This document shows, piece after piece, positions 13,254-24,800 of a DNA stretch of 64,000 bases. A program made the position numbers and the translations under genes. Under the pieces are notes generated by a model. It did no database searches and was not told the DNA's origin. It saw only the letters and a list, made by a program, of their open reading frames with translations. The DNA is from Sphagnum compactum (lineage: Eukaryota). How positions within the stretch are numbered: position 1 is the stretch's first letter; each line of letters starts with the position of its first letter. The DNA lies in contig OZ234493.1 in assembly GCA_965153455.1 (NCBI GenBank), forward strand, positions 23,116,213 to 23,180,212, given 5' to 3'.

Positions 13254-14078
13254 CAGTCTCGTTGCAGTTCTCCACTCCGCCCCACTTCTTCTTCCTCAAG
13301 CTTTCTGATCGTCCGGAGCTCTGCTGTGAGGATCTCAGGAGTTTGCTTTGAGGATCCAATTCATGAGAGCTGCTTTCAGGTGTTTTCTGAATTCTACAAT
13401 ATTTGTTCTCACTACCTGCAGCTGCTCTGGCGCAGAAGAAGAAGATTTGGGATCCTTATTATAGCTTGCTGCACAAGGTTTTTTCAGCTAGAATTTTTTC
13501 CAGAACTTTATAATATACTCTGCATTGTTATTGCATTCTAGAGCTACGAATTATTATCTGTTGTTCCTTCTCCTGGTCAGGGAATTCCTTGACTAGTACT
13601 ACCAAATTTCTTTCCAATCATCTGTGTTGTAGAACTTGTTCTGGTGGGTTTTGAATAGATTTGTCTCTCAGTCTCGTTGCAGTTCTACTACACTTTGCTC
13701 TTCTTCCTCTATCCTTAGCCTCGCTAGCAAGCTCTCTGATCGGAACTGCTTTGAGGACCCAATTCTGAGCTGCTAAATTTGAGAAGCTTTGAGGAGCTGA
13801 ATTCTACAATATTTTTTCTCACTACCTGCGCTGCAGATTTGGGGTGCAAGCTAATTGCAAGGTTTCTCAGCTAGAATTTTTCCAGAGTTTATACTCTGTA
13901 TTACATTGCATTCTAGACCTACGAATTATTATCTGTCCCTGATCCTGGTTAAGGTTTTAGAACTACTAGAGACAAAATTCCCACTACGTCGAGCTTCGAG
14001 CTTGAAGGGAGTTTGTTTACTAGTACTAATCCAGTCATCGGTGTTGTAGAGCTTCTGGTCGGTTTTCAATAGATTTGT
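13254..14078 (+). repeat. Diverged tandem duplication of ~410 bp (13254-13664 and 13669-14078) in a putative 5' leader
   Basis: Both copies start cagtctcgttgcagttct, share ctgaattctacaatattt.ttctcactacctgc and ttgcattctaga.ctacgaattattatctgt, and end aatagatttgt. Confidence 0.85.
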
Positions 14079-14159
14079 TGTGTACGCAGCTTCTAAATCG
14101 TGCATCAGAATTCTACTAATTCATAGTCAACTCGGTAGAGCTCTATCTCAGATTTGGCC

Positions 14160-14555
14160 ATGTCTCGCGCCGAGTTCGATTTGAGCCAGTACTGCAATAC
14201 TGGTGTTGGTCAAGAAATCCTAGACCCGGCCGGCCTGGGCAATAATGGTGAAGCTCCATATCAGAGAATTGCAGGCGTCATGAGCAGAAATAGTGAAACC
14301 ATTGATCCCTGGTTTCAAGTGTGTAAAGAAGCCGCTTATAATTGCAGATCATGTGCTTCCAGCAGCTTGCAGCAAGCACGCTCATGTTTGCGCGACCTGA
14401 ATCATGAGGACGTGGTGCCAGTCATTTCTTTCCGAGAGCCTCCGCACAAATGCTACGAATTCCCTTGCCCCAAGTGTCATTACAAGACTCGTCGAGATGA
14501 GAAATCAACTACCCGAGCTTTACAATTCCAGCTACTCCGATCAGTCCAGCTCTGA
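14160..14555 (+). CDS. Hypothetical Cys-rich protein (131 aa), possible zinc-binding CxxC...CxxC
   Basis: ATG in gccATG context just after a plausible acceptor (tctcag at 14146-14151). TATA-like gcataaaa at 13241, AATAAA near 14994, coding-like GC content. Motifs CRSC and HKCYEFPCPKCHY. No family recognised. Confidence 0.45.
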   Translation: MSRAEFDLSQYCNTGVGQEILDPAGLGNNGEAPYQRIAGVMSRNSETIDPWFQVCKEAAYNCRSCASSSLQQARSCLRDLNHEDVVPVISFREPPHKCYEFPCPKCHYKTRRDEKSTTRALQFQLLRSVQL

Positions 14556-17500
14556 ACTGGAACATGGTGCAGCGGATTCAAAAAGATGCTCAGCAGTAGT
14601 ACTAGATGGCAGCTCTGAAGAAGTGATCTTTGTTCAAGAGTACTTGTAATCTCACCTCAAGATCAGTTAATTTTCGGAAACTGCACAGGGTTTGTTAGAC
14701 AAGGGTCTGGATATTGAACCAGGGAATAAGCAGCACTGTGACTAAATAGCTGCATGAATTATCTAGTCACTAGCTAGTGAAATAGACTCAGCAGCTTCAG
14801 CCTAGAGTGGAATTGAATTTGAGATTCAAGGAGTCTATATATATATTCTAACATGCAGCTACCATAAGAGCTGCATGGAGCTACATGTAGCTGTAGCAAA
14901 GAGTTGTAGCAAATTATGAGCCCCTTGGACAGCTGAAATTGTTGCCAACCAGTCCTAGTGTGACTGACTACTGTGTCCTACTTCCGAATTAATAATAAAA
15001 GAGTCTATGAATCAGATCCTACAATTTAGGCTACTTCTCTATTAGCACATGACCAGTGTTTTATTTTTTCTAGGATTGAAAAAAAACTGTAACGTATGTG
15101 GCGATCATCCATACGAATACGAAGATGCAGAGAAAATGCCAGTCATCATCCCAAGGAAGATTTAGCCAAATATATGGCTATAAATCAGCTATCAAGTATA
15201 CCAAGTTGGTCTGCTTTCCAGCTAATCAGCCTTCTATACATTTCGTTACACACTGAAAACCAATTATAGAAAATTGCTTCATTGTCAAAAAAATTACTCT
15301 TAATTTCTCTTTTTGGCGAAATTTTGTCAGTAATACAAAAAGGCTGTATAATAATCGAACATATTATCCAGGCACTTATCTGGCAGAATGTGCTATAAAT
15401 GGCCCATTCCCTGTGGTTAAATGGCAGGAAACCATGGGAACATGGGAGAAACACTGAGGGAACATAAGGCAGATTCTTGTGGCCAAGCCATTGGCAAGGG
15501 TGGCCGATTCTACACAATTAAGAGTCGAATTCAAGTGCCTAAATAATCCAGCCCAGCCTCTATCGCGCATGTAATCTGTGCATAATCATGTAATCTGTGC
15601 ATAATCATTGGTGGGGTACTCATGAATGTGATACAAGATTCAAAGCAAACTAACAAGTTGTCATTGTTTGAAAGATGCACACAGTTGATCTCCATTAACT
15701 TTAATTCACCAAACCAAGTTCCAGTGTTTTGTTTCCTCGACATCTGATTGATAACTATCACTGAACCGAGGATGATCCGTGTGATAATATAGTGATTTTT
15801 CCTATTCCAATTTAAATTTAAACAAAGATCGCTATTAACCTCCAAATGCCAGAGAAGGACCCCAGAAAAATACACTGAAAAATGGACTAAATCGGTCCGC
15901 CCTGACACTTGGGGGTTAACACATGAATCATCAGCAGTTCAGTGGTAGTTATCAATCATTTGTTCCATTTATCATAGCCTACGTGTGAACAAGGTAAGTG
16001 GAAGTTATCATCATTGGTAACCACTGTGGTTGAATAATTACTACATAGTGTGAATTGGGTCTACACTAATTTCTATCACTAGGGTCTGGGGCATAACTCT
16101 TATTTCATGTTTTGATTACCAGAGATAATTAATGAACTGGACATAAAGGTTTTCATATGACCTTTTCTCTGTTTTGGAAATTTGGGGATTTGAGATTTTT
16201 TTTTTCAAATGGCCAGAATGTATATTAAGTTCCAGTAGGTACTCAATGATTCAGAAGGATTGCTTAATTTTTTAATTTCATATTTTTACAGCCAAATTTG
16301 GCTAAATATTCTTATGGATGATCATCACGAAATTGTGAAAAAAAATAAAAAAAGCTGCTGGGAGCCCTGCCCAGGGAGTTCCAGTATGACATAAGAACTG
16401 TGAACCCTAACCCCCTAGCCAGTAGGGTTGTGGGAGACTTATGAGAATACAAGGCCCAAGCTGATGGGTATGGGCGATTTCTTTCAGAATCTAATAGCTT
16501 GCAATTAGGGTATCTTAGTCCTAGCTTTATGAACTTGTGAACAATGAACTTTTCCACCAAAAACACTCCAGATCTTGTTGGAGGATTTTATGTAATGTAC
16601 ACTGTTGGGTGCTGTGTCACATAATCCCTTTGGTTCTGCCTGCCACCCCTCTTGGCAGCCTGTTGTCTGGTACATATCACATTGAGATGTGAGCTCCAGC
16701 TTATTCATGAGTCTTCCTTTGGATATGGAGGAGTAGACATTTTCAACCATAAAATAGTTTAATAAGACTCCTTTCAGATCCAGTATTTTGTTGAAAGATC
16801 CAACTGATCTTGGTGCCTACTGTACAGTACATAAGGCTGACAGCTAGAGACACATACTAAGATATTTGTACCAATGGCCATACACAGAAAACTGTCCGTT
16901 ACAGTATATGGTGAGGCCAGGAGTCGGGACTTTAGTATTGAACTCTTTTAGAGCTTTTCTCTAGCCATCTGGCATCTGCGGTGTAAAAAGCTCCTTATAA
17001 CCTTTTTTGCAATAGTCATCAATTCCAGTCCATTGCAGGAATTCGACATTTCACCACTTAAGAAAAAAAAGCTGTTCACAGCACAAGGTGGGCTCAATCT
17101 GCAAGAGACTCACGAGATAGATTGACCGATTTCCACCTTCTGCCTTGAAAGCTGGACAGGAACAGAAACAAGTACATACTTCTAATAGGTTATAATCACT
17201 ATTGAGCACTTCCTATTTGACTAGCAGAGGCTTGTATGATGACCCAGGCAGCATTTAACCCTCAACTATATTATTTCATGGAATACTTGGTCAAGGCATC
17301 TTGGGTTGCCTTGTCTCATCATCATCATCATTCCAAACTTTGTGTAAGCAAACTGACAGTGGGAGAATTGGCTGAAGAATAATATTGGATTTTGAAAGCT
17401 GCAATACCATTCCTTTTCAAAGAGCCTCCATTCACCAAACTTTCTGTGAAAAGCATTTTTTTTTAAACAAAATTTACCACATTTTGCATACTGACACAAT

Positions 17501-17967
17501 TTTTTGTTTTGGGGGAAGTTTTTTAGCATTAATGCTTTGTTTTTGGTTCTTTTGGATTGCTGAAGACACTACTGACATCATTAAACTGGAAGGAAAGAAA
17601 AACCAAAAGGGACTCTTCCTCATAATCGTTGACTAGAGAATTTTGCAAGATCAAAACAAATTGGGCCTTTTTCTTCAAAGCAAACTAGAAGGGTTGTTGC
17701 CAGATACCACCTTTTATGTTTTGGATGGTCAGCTTGAATTTTTGTCCTTCTCTGAATCTTTGCATTTGAACAAGTGAAGGCCCCAGGAGAAGGCCTAAAA
17801 ACAAGGAAATGAAATACACCAACCAAATTCTCCATAAGGGATCTAGGGTGATGAGTGTCGGCAAACTGCTTCCCTCTTCACATTACAACCCCAAGTTCCA
17901 ACCTTACTATGTTACTAGCCTATTGAGGTTTGATGTCTTGAGGATGTTGAGAATGTCACCATTTTTC

Positions 17968-18351
17968 AGCCATAGTTACCCAGCACCCACCAGTGCACCA
18001 TGAAGGATGAATGGTAAGTCGTCAGGAAACACTTTTCTGTTGGGTTCCAGTTCTCTAACTAACTATGGTGATTAGCTCAGTTACTTTTTTTTTTCCTTAC
18101 CTACCTACTAACAACCCACAAGCAGGTCATTAGTAGGTAGGTAATAAAACAGCCCTTACCTACGTATAAACCATCTACTTACCTAGAAGCTGCCTATTTT
18201 CCTAACTATCTGCCTATATATGAGACCTATTCCCTACAGAATTGGTTACCAAGGAGAAACCAAATATTACCTCAGTTGAGGTGCATCCACAACTGAGTAA
18301 TAATGAACATCTAGTGGATGGTGGCTTGGTGGGTGCTGGTTCACTGTGGCC
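17968..18351. mobile_element. Non-autonomous Mutator-like (MULE) MITE
   Basis: Termini agccatagttacccagcacccacc...ggtgggtgctggttcactgtggcc with a perfect 9-bp TSD ccatttttc (17959-17967 and 18352-18360). Homologous to 51045-51685 in the opposite orientation. Confidence 0.75.
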
Positions 18352-18529
18352 CCATTTTTCTGGAAGTTGTTTTTTTTTCTCACTCTTACCCTTGTCCTGC
18401 AACTGGAAAACTTACTAGTCTCATCTTGACCTAGACTATTGACCCGCAGGATACAAATGGTGCAACCCTGCAAAACTCTATTCATAGACACATTGTAGAT
18501 TAGGAAAATGTACAAGGGGATAAGAAAAA

Positions 18530-21500
18530 AAAGAAAACGGAGAATTTACATGACGTAAAGTTAGCTCAAACTAGATGTCAAAACCTATCCATGCCAAAAA
18601 CCAATCGATTGTAATAGGTTGGTCATATTTTTCCATATCAAAAATCGGTTGTTTGTAATAAATTAGTTGTGGAGATGGGAGATGTGTTCTAAAGGGGTGT
18701 CTTTGGTGAGCACAATGTCAACTCGTCAATGAGAGGAATTGAATGTGTTTGAAGGAAGCACATGTAGTTGTTTTCATCCCATGTGGAAGCTAGCATCTTG
18801 TGTAATGGCAGCAAAGGTGTCGTGAATTGCATCATGGGTTCTTGTGCATTCGTTGTCGTGAGCACAACATAAGAGGTGGATACTCATAGGGTTGTTAGGA
18901 TGTGTGCACACACATTGAAAGATACTTGCAATTAAAGGATGGGGCAGTCCAAGTCGTATTCAAAACATTGTGGAAAAAACTAGGGAAGCTAGTCAAAAGC
19001 TTGGGAAAATTAATCAAAATGTAAACCAAACACCCGCCCTTGGGCCATAACATGATAGAATTCAAGCACAATGGGCTTCAAATATCCCATTAGAGAGCAT
19101 TCTAGAAAGGGTATGATGATGCAGATGCTCTGAGATGGAATATTAAAGTTGAACCATTTGTTGCTCAATGAGTTATTCAAATGAAGGAAAACATGTGTGA
19201 GCAAGGGGCTGTAAGAGATCACATGGTGCCTTTAAAGTGTTGTTGAAAGGGAAGGTGTTATCATCGACTCGTGCTAAGGCTTCAAGAAGGAAGGGATGTT
19301 GATCAACCATAAACCTAGCAACTATGATTGAGGCTACAAGGCCCAACTCCCTAAATAAGCTACTAGGGTGATGGCGGTTATCGGTATGAGCCCGATGCCA
19401 TCGAAAGTTATTGGGAGAAAGGCTTGTATACGTGCTAGAAATCCTTCTAGGTTGTCAAAGGATCTTGGACCTAAGAGGCACCTAAACACCTGAAGGAAAG
19501 AGGAGTCAAAAGAAATGAAAGACTCTATGAAGGTGGAAAAAGGAGGTGTACATCGTAAGATATATGAAGGTTGTTGCATGACACAATGAGTTTGAATTCC
19601 AAAGGCTACTTGAACATTACCCATTATAAAGAGAAGATTCACATGTCAAACATCCTCTAATAAGGCATATTTGATGAAGGATGATGTGAATGATGAAATG
19701 CCCAATGGAATTCCCAAAACTATAATTCCTTTTAATCGGGTGGTAAACTGGGATGGGGTGTTGAAGCAAGGTGGTAGGCCAAAGGGTGACCATGCTACAC
19801 ATTTATGAGGTTGGATAAAAAGACCTATTGCACGAAGTTTAATTTCGAAATGTTCATATGTAAATGACACAATAAAAGGGGGACCTATGATGTCATCTAC
19901 AATGGATGGAAACATTACAACAAAAGGTGTCCCTGTACGCCAAATGATTTCACTAGATTTTGAGTGAATTCACTGGTTGTAGTGAACGGGGACCGGTGAA
20001 GAAGTAATGAATTCACTGGTCTAGTGAGCGGGGACTAATGAACTGCACCCACATTTTGTAGTAATGAAATAAATAAGAAGGGAAATGACTAACTGTAGAA
20101 CGCAAAGCCCTAAAGTGGGCTAATGCGAATAATGCCCTTCCCAAGGGATCACCTTGGCAAGTTCCATGGTAAAGGGGATGACTGTGACATCGCCTTCACA
20201 ATTATGATGGTTGTAAAATAGGGTAGATTCAAATGCATAGAAGGCACGAACAAAGGGGATGAGTTACATGATGTCTCCACCTACTCCATGAAGTTCTTGA
20301 AATATGACCCCTTTTGACACCGAATTGAAAGTGTTTGCCATGTCTATCTGGAGAACAACCTAGTCAAGGTAAAGGTTTAAGGTGCATTTAATGCCATGAA
20401 CTACTGCTTCACAACCGTCTTTAATTGCAATTCCAAATTAATGTGGGGAAAAATGTGTTGCAAAGACGTCGCGAAATTAAAGGCACAAGGCATGACTTGT
20501 GAGTCAATACAATGTTTCCCCCACTATAAGGGGAAGAACTCCGCCTAAAGGCTTGGTCATGGCTAAGAGATGAGCCATGCCAAGGACATGTGTAATTCGA
20601 GGTGGAATGTGTGACCTTTAGCAATATGAAAAAAAAGCTGAAATAAATGAAGTAATCCACTTGCTGAATCTTCTAGGTGAAAACAATCTCAAAAGTGTTC
20701 AAAAACCATCCTAGAAGAACCACTTACCGACTTAAGGGGCATGTGTTGGAATGCTAGTTTGAAGGAATCATAAAAAAGTTCGAGGTCTTGGTATGGTTCG
20801 TAGTCTTTTAAGAAAAGTGGGAAGTAACCATCTGAGTCAGGGTGTAGTGCAATGAAAGCTGAAATGTGTCAAAGGACATGGGTGCAAGGGAAAATGGTGC
20901 CAAGCCGTGGGTTGTTCTAAAATATTCCACTGCACATGTAAGAATTAGATTGTGAAAAAAAACATTTATGAGTTGGGGGTTCATGTTCAGGAAAAGGCAT
21001 TGAACTTGAACTTGTTGCCAAAGCTTGGGCTCACAAAAAAAAACTCTTTTTGCAAGTTTTCCCATTCGCTTGCTAGAAAATGCTTGAGTCAAATCCACAT
21101 TTCCCTATGCCCTTCTACTTTGCCACAAGGGGGCAAAGCGAAACACGATTGGGGTAATCAAAAGAACATGTGCCAAGCTGCCACATCAAAAGGATTTTGC
21201 GTTAACTTATCCAATGGAAAAAGAAACACCACTTGTATGTCACGTCATAGAGCGGCAAGGATGCAATTATGTAATCGAAGATGACGAAAGCCTAAATGAA
21301 AGGACCCAAGGACATCTAGGCTAATGTAAGTGGGGTGGTAACAAGGCAAGGTATTGAATCGGAATGGTCATGGGGGTTGGGATTAGATGAATTGGGTGCT
21401 TGACAGGAATGCTGATAATGGACAAAACCTCACTTGGTAAATTGGCGCCAACAAGTGGGGCAAGAGACTTTAGGTGGAAGTTGTAAACATGTTAAAGAAA

Positions 21501-21850
21501 TGAGGGTAGGTTGGGGGGTCTAATCATGTGCAACTAGAGGGGCTAGTAGAGTGGAAAGGGGAAAAGGTCCTACATGTGCATGATCAAAGGGGTTTGGGAA
21601 ATTGTAAGGTTGGGGCCTCACATTCACACAAAAGGGCTGGGGGCCAATAAAAAGAACTAATGGGTGGTAAGTGGTTTCTTTAAATGGGAGGCGAACTAGT
21701 GGGAGATGCATGGTTTGCATGGGAATTGGGGTGGAAATTAAGTCTGTGGTGGCACATGATAAAGCAAATGGGCGATGGGAATGAGGAGGTTCGATAGGAC
21801 ATGATGAATTAAAATACATGGGACGTTTGGTGCCCATGAGGAAGGAGGCC
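18530..21850 (-). mobile_element. Degenerate CRE-clade-like (RLE-type) non-LTR retrotransposon
   Basis: Interrupted minus-strand translation gives the RT motifs VGETLY, LQIDMANTFNS, QGDPLGRALFALAH and FPSIVDD, then GIIVLGIPLG, QAFLPITFDGIG and AYLGSWAL, a CCHC-like CVCTHP...HLLCCAH, and RVDIVLTKD (start of an RLE nuclease). Many stops and frameshifts. Ends approximate. Confidence 0.8.
19913..20066. mobile_element. 154-bp CACTA-like MITE nested in the retroelement RT
   Basis: TIRs cattacaacaaaaggtg / cacattttgtagtaatg (15/17), 3-bp TSD AAA on both sides, internal repeated tgaattcactggt..agtga.cggggac. Removing it and one TSD restores PSYLFPSIVDD. Confidence 0.8.
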
Positions 21851-24800
21851 TAATAGGAGCATAGGGTACACCTATTAAAAAACTACATACTACTATAGGG
21901 TAATCTTAAATCTACAAAACCAACCATTGAAGACTAAATGGATCAAAAGGATAAATATAAAAAACTACTTGAAGGTCCCTGGTTAGGGCATTATGCCAAA
22001 ACCAAACTTTAACTTTAGTAGAGGCTTAAGTGGCATAATCATTGTTGCGTTGGGTTCAACATGACCTAGACATCCTAATGCTAAAACATTGTAGGCTTCA
22101 TTCTTTGTTCCTAGTCTTGGAAAAGTTGAGATAAATAATGTTGCGCAAAAGTTTCTTAAAAAACAATTGTGGTGGACTAAATACCCTCTTCACAAATATC
22201 CCAATCCACTCCAATAACTATGTACAACATCAACAAAAAAAAAATGTTTTTTTTTTGGGGACAAATTCTCCAATCAAAAAGATTATTTTCAAGTTCTAGG
22301 CCCACACATTTAAAAAGCCATTCTACTTTATCATCTTCCATGAAAACCTAGACCTTCAAAAAACAAATCTACAAAAAATCCAAAACTCTTTCTAATAGGT
22401 TGATGCCCATAAGTTCCAATCGAGCGGTCAATCTCACTAAAATCCTAAGGGTTCCAATAGAACACAAGCTCATAATGAAACAAAAGCCTTAACTAAAACC
22501 AAAACATTGGGTGAAGGCTGAAAAAAGTAAAACTAACCCTAATTGAAATTTTCTCCACCAATTTCTTCTTCTCCATCTACTACTACATGTGGCTCCGATC
22601 CTTACAATCCCCCCGTCTACCAAGCCATTGTTCCTTAAATCGTCCTCTATTTCTTCTCAACTATCAATTTTATTGTTGTCTTGGGAGTTTCTTTTTGTTT
22701 AAGGTAAAGAATAAAACTGACACACACAACTAATTCCTAGAGAAAAAAACAACAACAGCATTGGATGATGATGTTAAAAACTAGTCAATTCTGCTACTTA
22801 CACTTAGAGAACTTCAAAGGGGGGGACTCTAAAAATTTTATTTTTATTTGGGTCCCCAAAACTAATTCCTACAGGCAAGTAAACAATTCAAATCCTTTAT
22901 ATGGGCAAACGTTTCCCATTCCCAATAAATTCCAAGGCTTGGGGCATTCCTAAATTATAGGGCCGACAACAAGACCATAGCTCAATTTGTCTTCCATCTA
23001 CTCTTTAACAATATTTGTTTTTTATTTTTTTCAAGGTTGCTTAATTGGCTACACCCAGCCAGGCAGAATGTAAAATGTGGTTATTTGTAAAAAATTTAAA
23101 TGCAATAAATTAGCTATTTCATTTTTTTGGGTAATGTTAAATTAACTATCATGTTAATTTAACATAATTTGACTAGTTAAATTAATCAAGGGGAAAAAAC
23201 ATTTTGCAACAAACACACTACAATTGCATGCACTACTAAAGGAGTTTCAAAAGACTTTGCCCATTTTCAATAACAGTGTGCTTACACCCACCCACAACCC
23301 CACCCCAAGTTCCAACTTACAACCCCAACCATATTAAACAAAAGACAAAAATTGCAAAGAATAAGTTTATAAGTATAAGTGCATGTTGTACAGTGCAACT
23401 CTTGAGTCCAAAGTTTTAACTCCAAACTCTCTAACATTCACTTTACACAAGATAACTTTCAAAACACCCAATAAAAATCTCCAAACCTACTCCATATACC
23501 TACACGACCTTTCAAAATATGTTTCAAAGCTGAAAACCAACCTATGTAATCATTTGACATGTTTGTTTCAACAAAATCAAAGAACAAATGTCTACTTGCA
23601 ATTCTTTTATGTGCAAAACTTGATCCAGAAAGGAAAAATGCCCCAACAAAAAGGGGACCAAGAAAAGAATTTTAAGCTACTTCAATAAACAAACCATCTG
23701 TCATTAAACATCAAGGCAATATCAGGCCTTCGTGTCCTTCCACTTGGTGATGGCATCTTGAAAAGGAAAATTGCCAATTGTGTACATACTCTAGAGCCAT
23801 AAATATTTGTGACTACATAAATGTAATTGTGTATAAATGTTGGCTACTTGTAGAATTGGAGGTGTAGGTTTGGCTATTGTTCATTAGAAAAGGGAGTGAA
23901 GGTGGCGATCACTCATGAAAAAAGGGAGTGGGAATGGCAAAAAGTTGATTAGCAGTGGGAATAAGAACAACTATAATGAGAGTGATGACGGAGGCGGTGC
24001 CGCTACTTTGCAAAAAAACACCTTAACTTTTTGCTAAATTTTTTTTTAATTTTTTTTTCATGCCTACAAGTAGCTTGTCCAAAAATTAAATAACCATTTG
24101 GCAATTTTTAACGACAAAAAAAATGTTGTTCCTTAGTATTGGGATGGATCTTACACCTATGAGGTAGGTGTAAATGAATAGGTGTAAGGGCTTCTTTCCA
24201 TTGGAAGGCTAAGCCTTTAGCTTAGGAAGTTTGACCTCCAACAATTGACTTAGAGGTTCAAGATTTGCATTTTAGTTTTGCAAAATAAGCAACTTGCAAG
24301 TTGTAACATTACTTAGATGCACCTACAATAAAGATATTTATTGCTGATGAAAGCCCTCAGCAACTTAAAGACCAACTCTAGCAATGTTTTTGTTAGGAAT
24401 TCTCATTTATCCCCAAAGTCAGGATCATCCATTGGAAGATGTAGTTAAAGTGGCAAGTATCCCTAAGAAGATTTTTATATCTTTAGCTACATAATGAAAA
24501 TTAATTTTATGAATCTAGTAATTTTTACTTTTCTTTTTTTTTTCCTTTTTTATGATTGAAAACCTCCAAAATTATTTTTTTCTTGAATTTATTGAATCTC
24601 TATAAAAAATTTGACAAAATTTTGCCAATAAAAAAGATGCATTTTCAAACTTGTTGTTATTACAAATGTTGTTTACAACTATTGTAATTCCATTTGCAAT
24701 TACATTTGTAACTAAAATAATCACAAATGACATTTGTAGCAAACGATAAGTCTAAAAAATAATTTTTTTAGTTTGTGTTTGACCTTAACTCCACCTTTAG

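Noticed and set aside
17968-18351. CACAGTG/CACTGTG near the termini, suggesting Transib or RSS-like ends
   Set aside because: There is no 5-bp TSD at the heptamer boundaries. A 9-bp TSD three bases further out fits a Mutator-type element in both copies.
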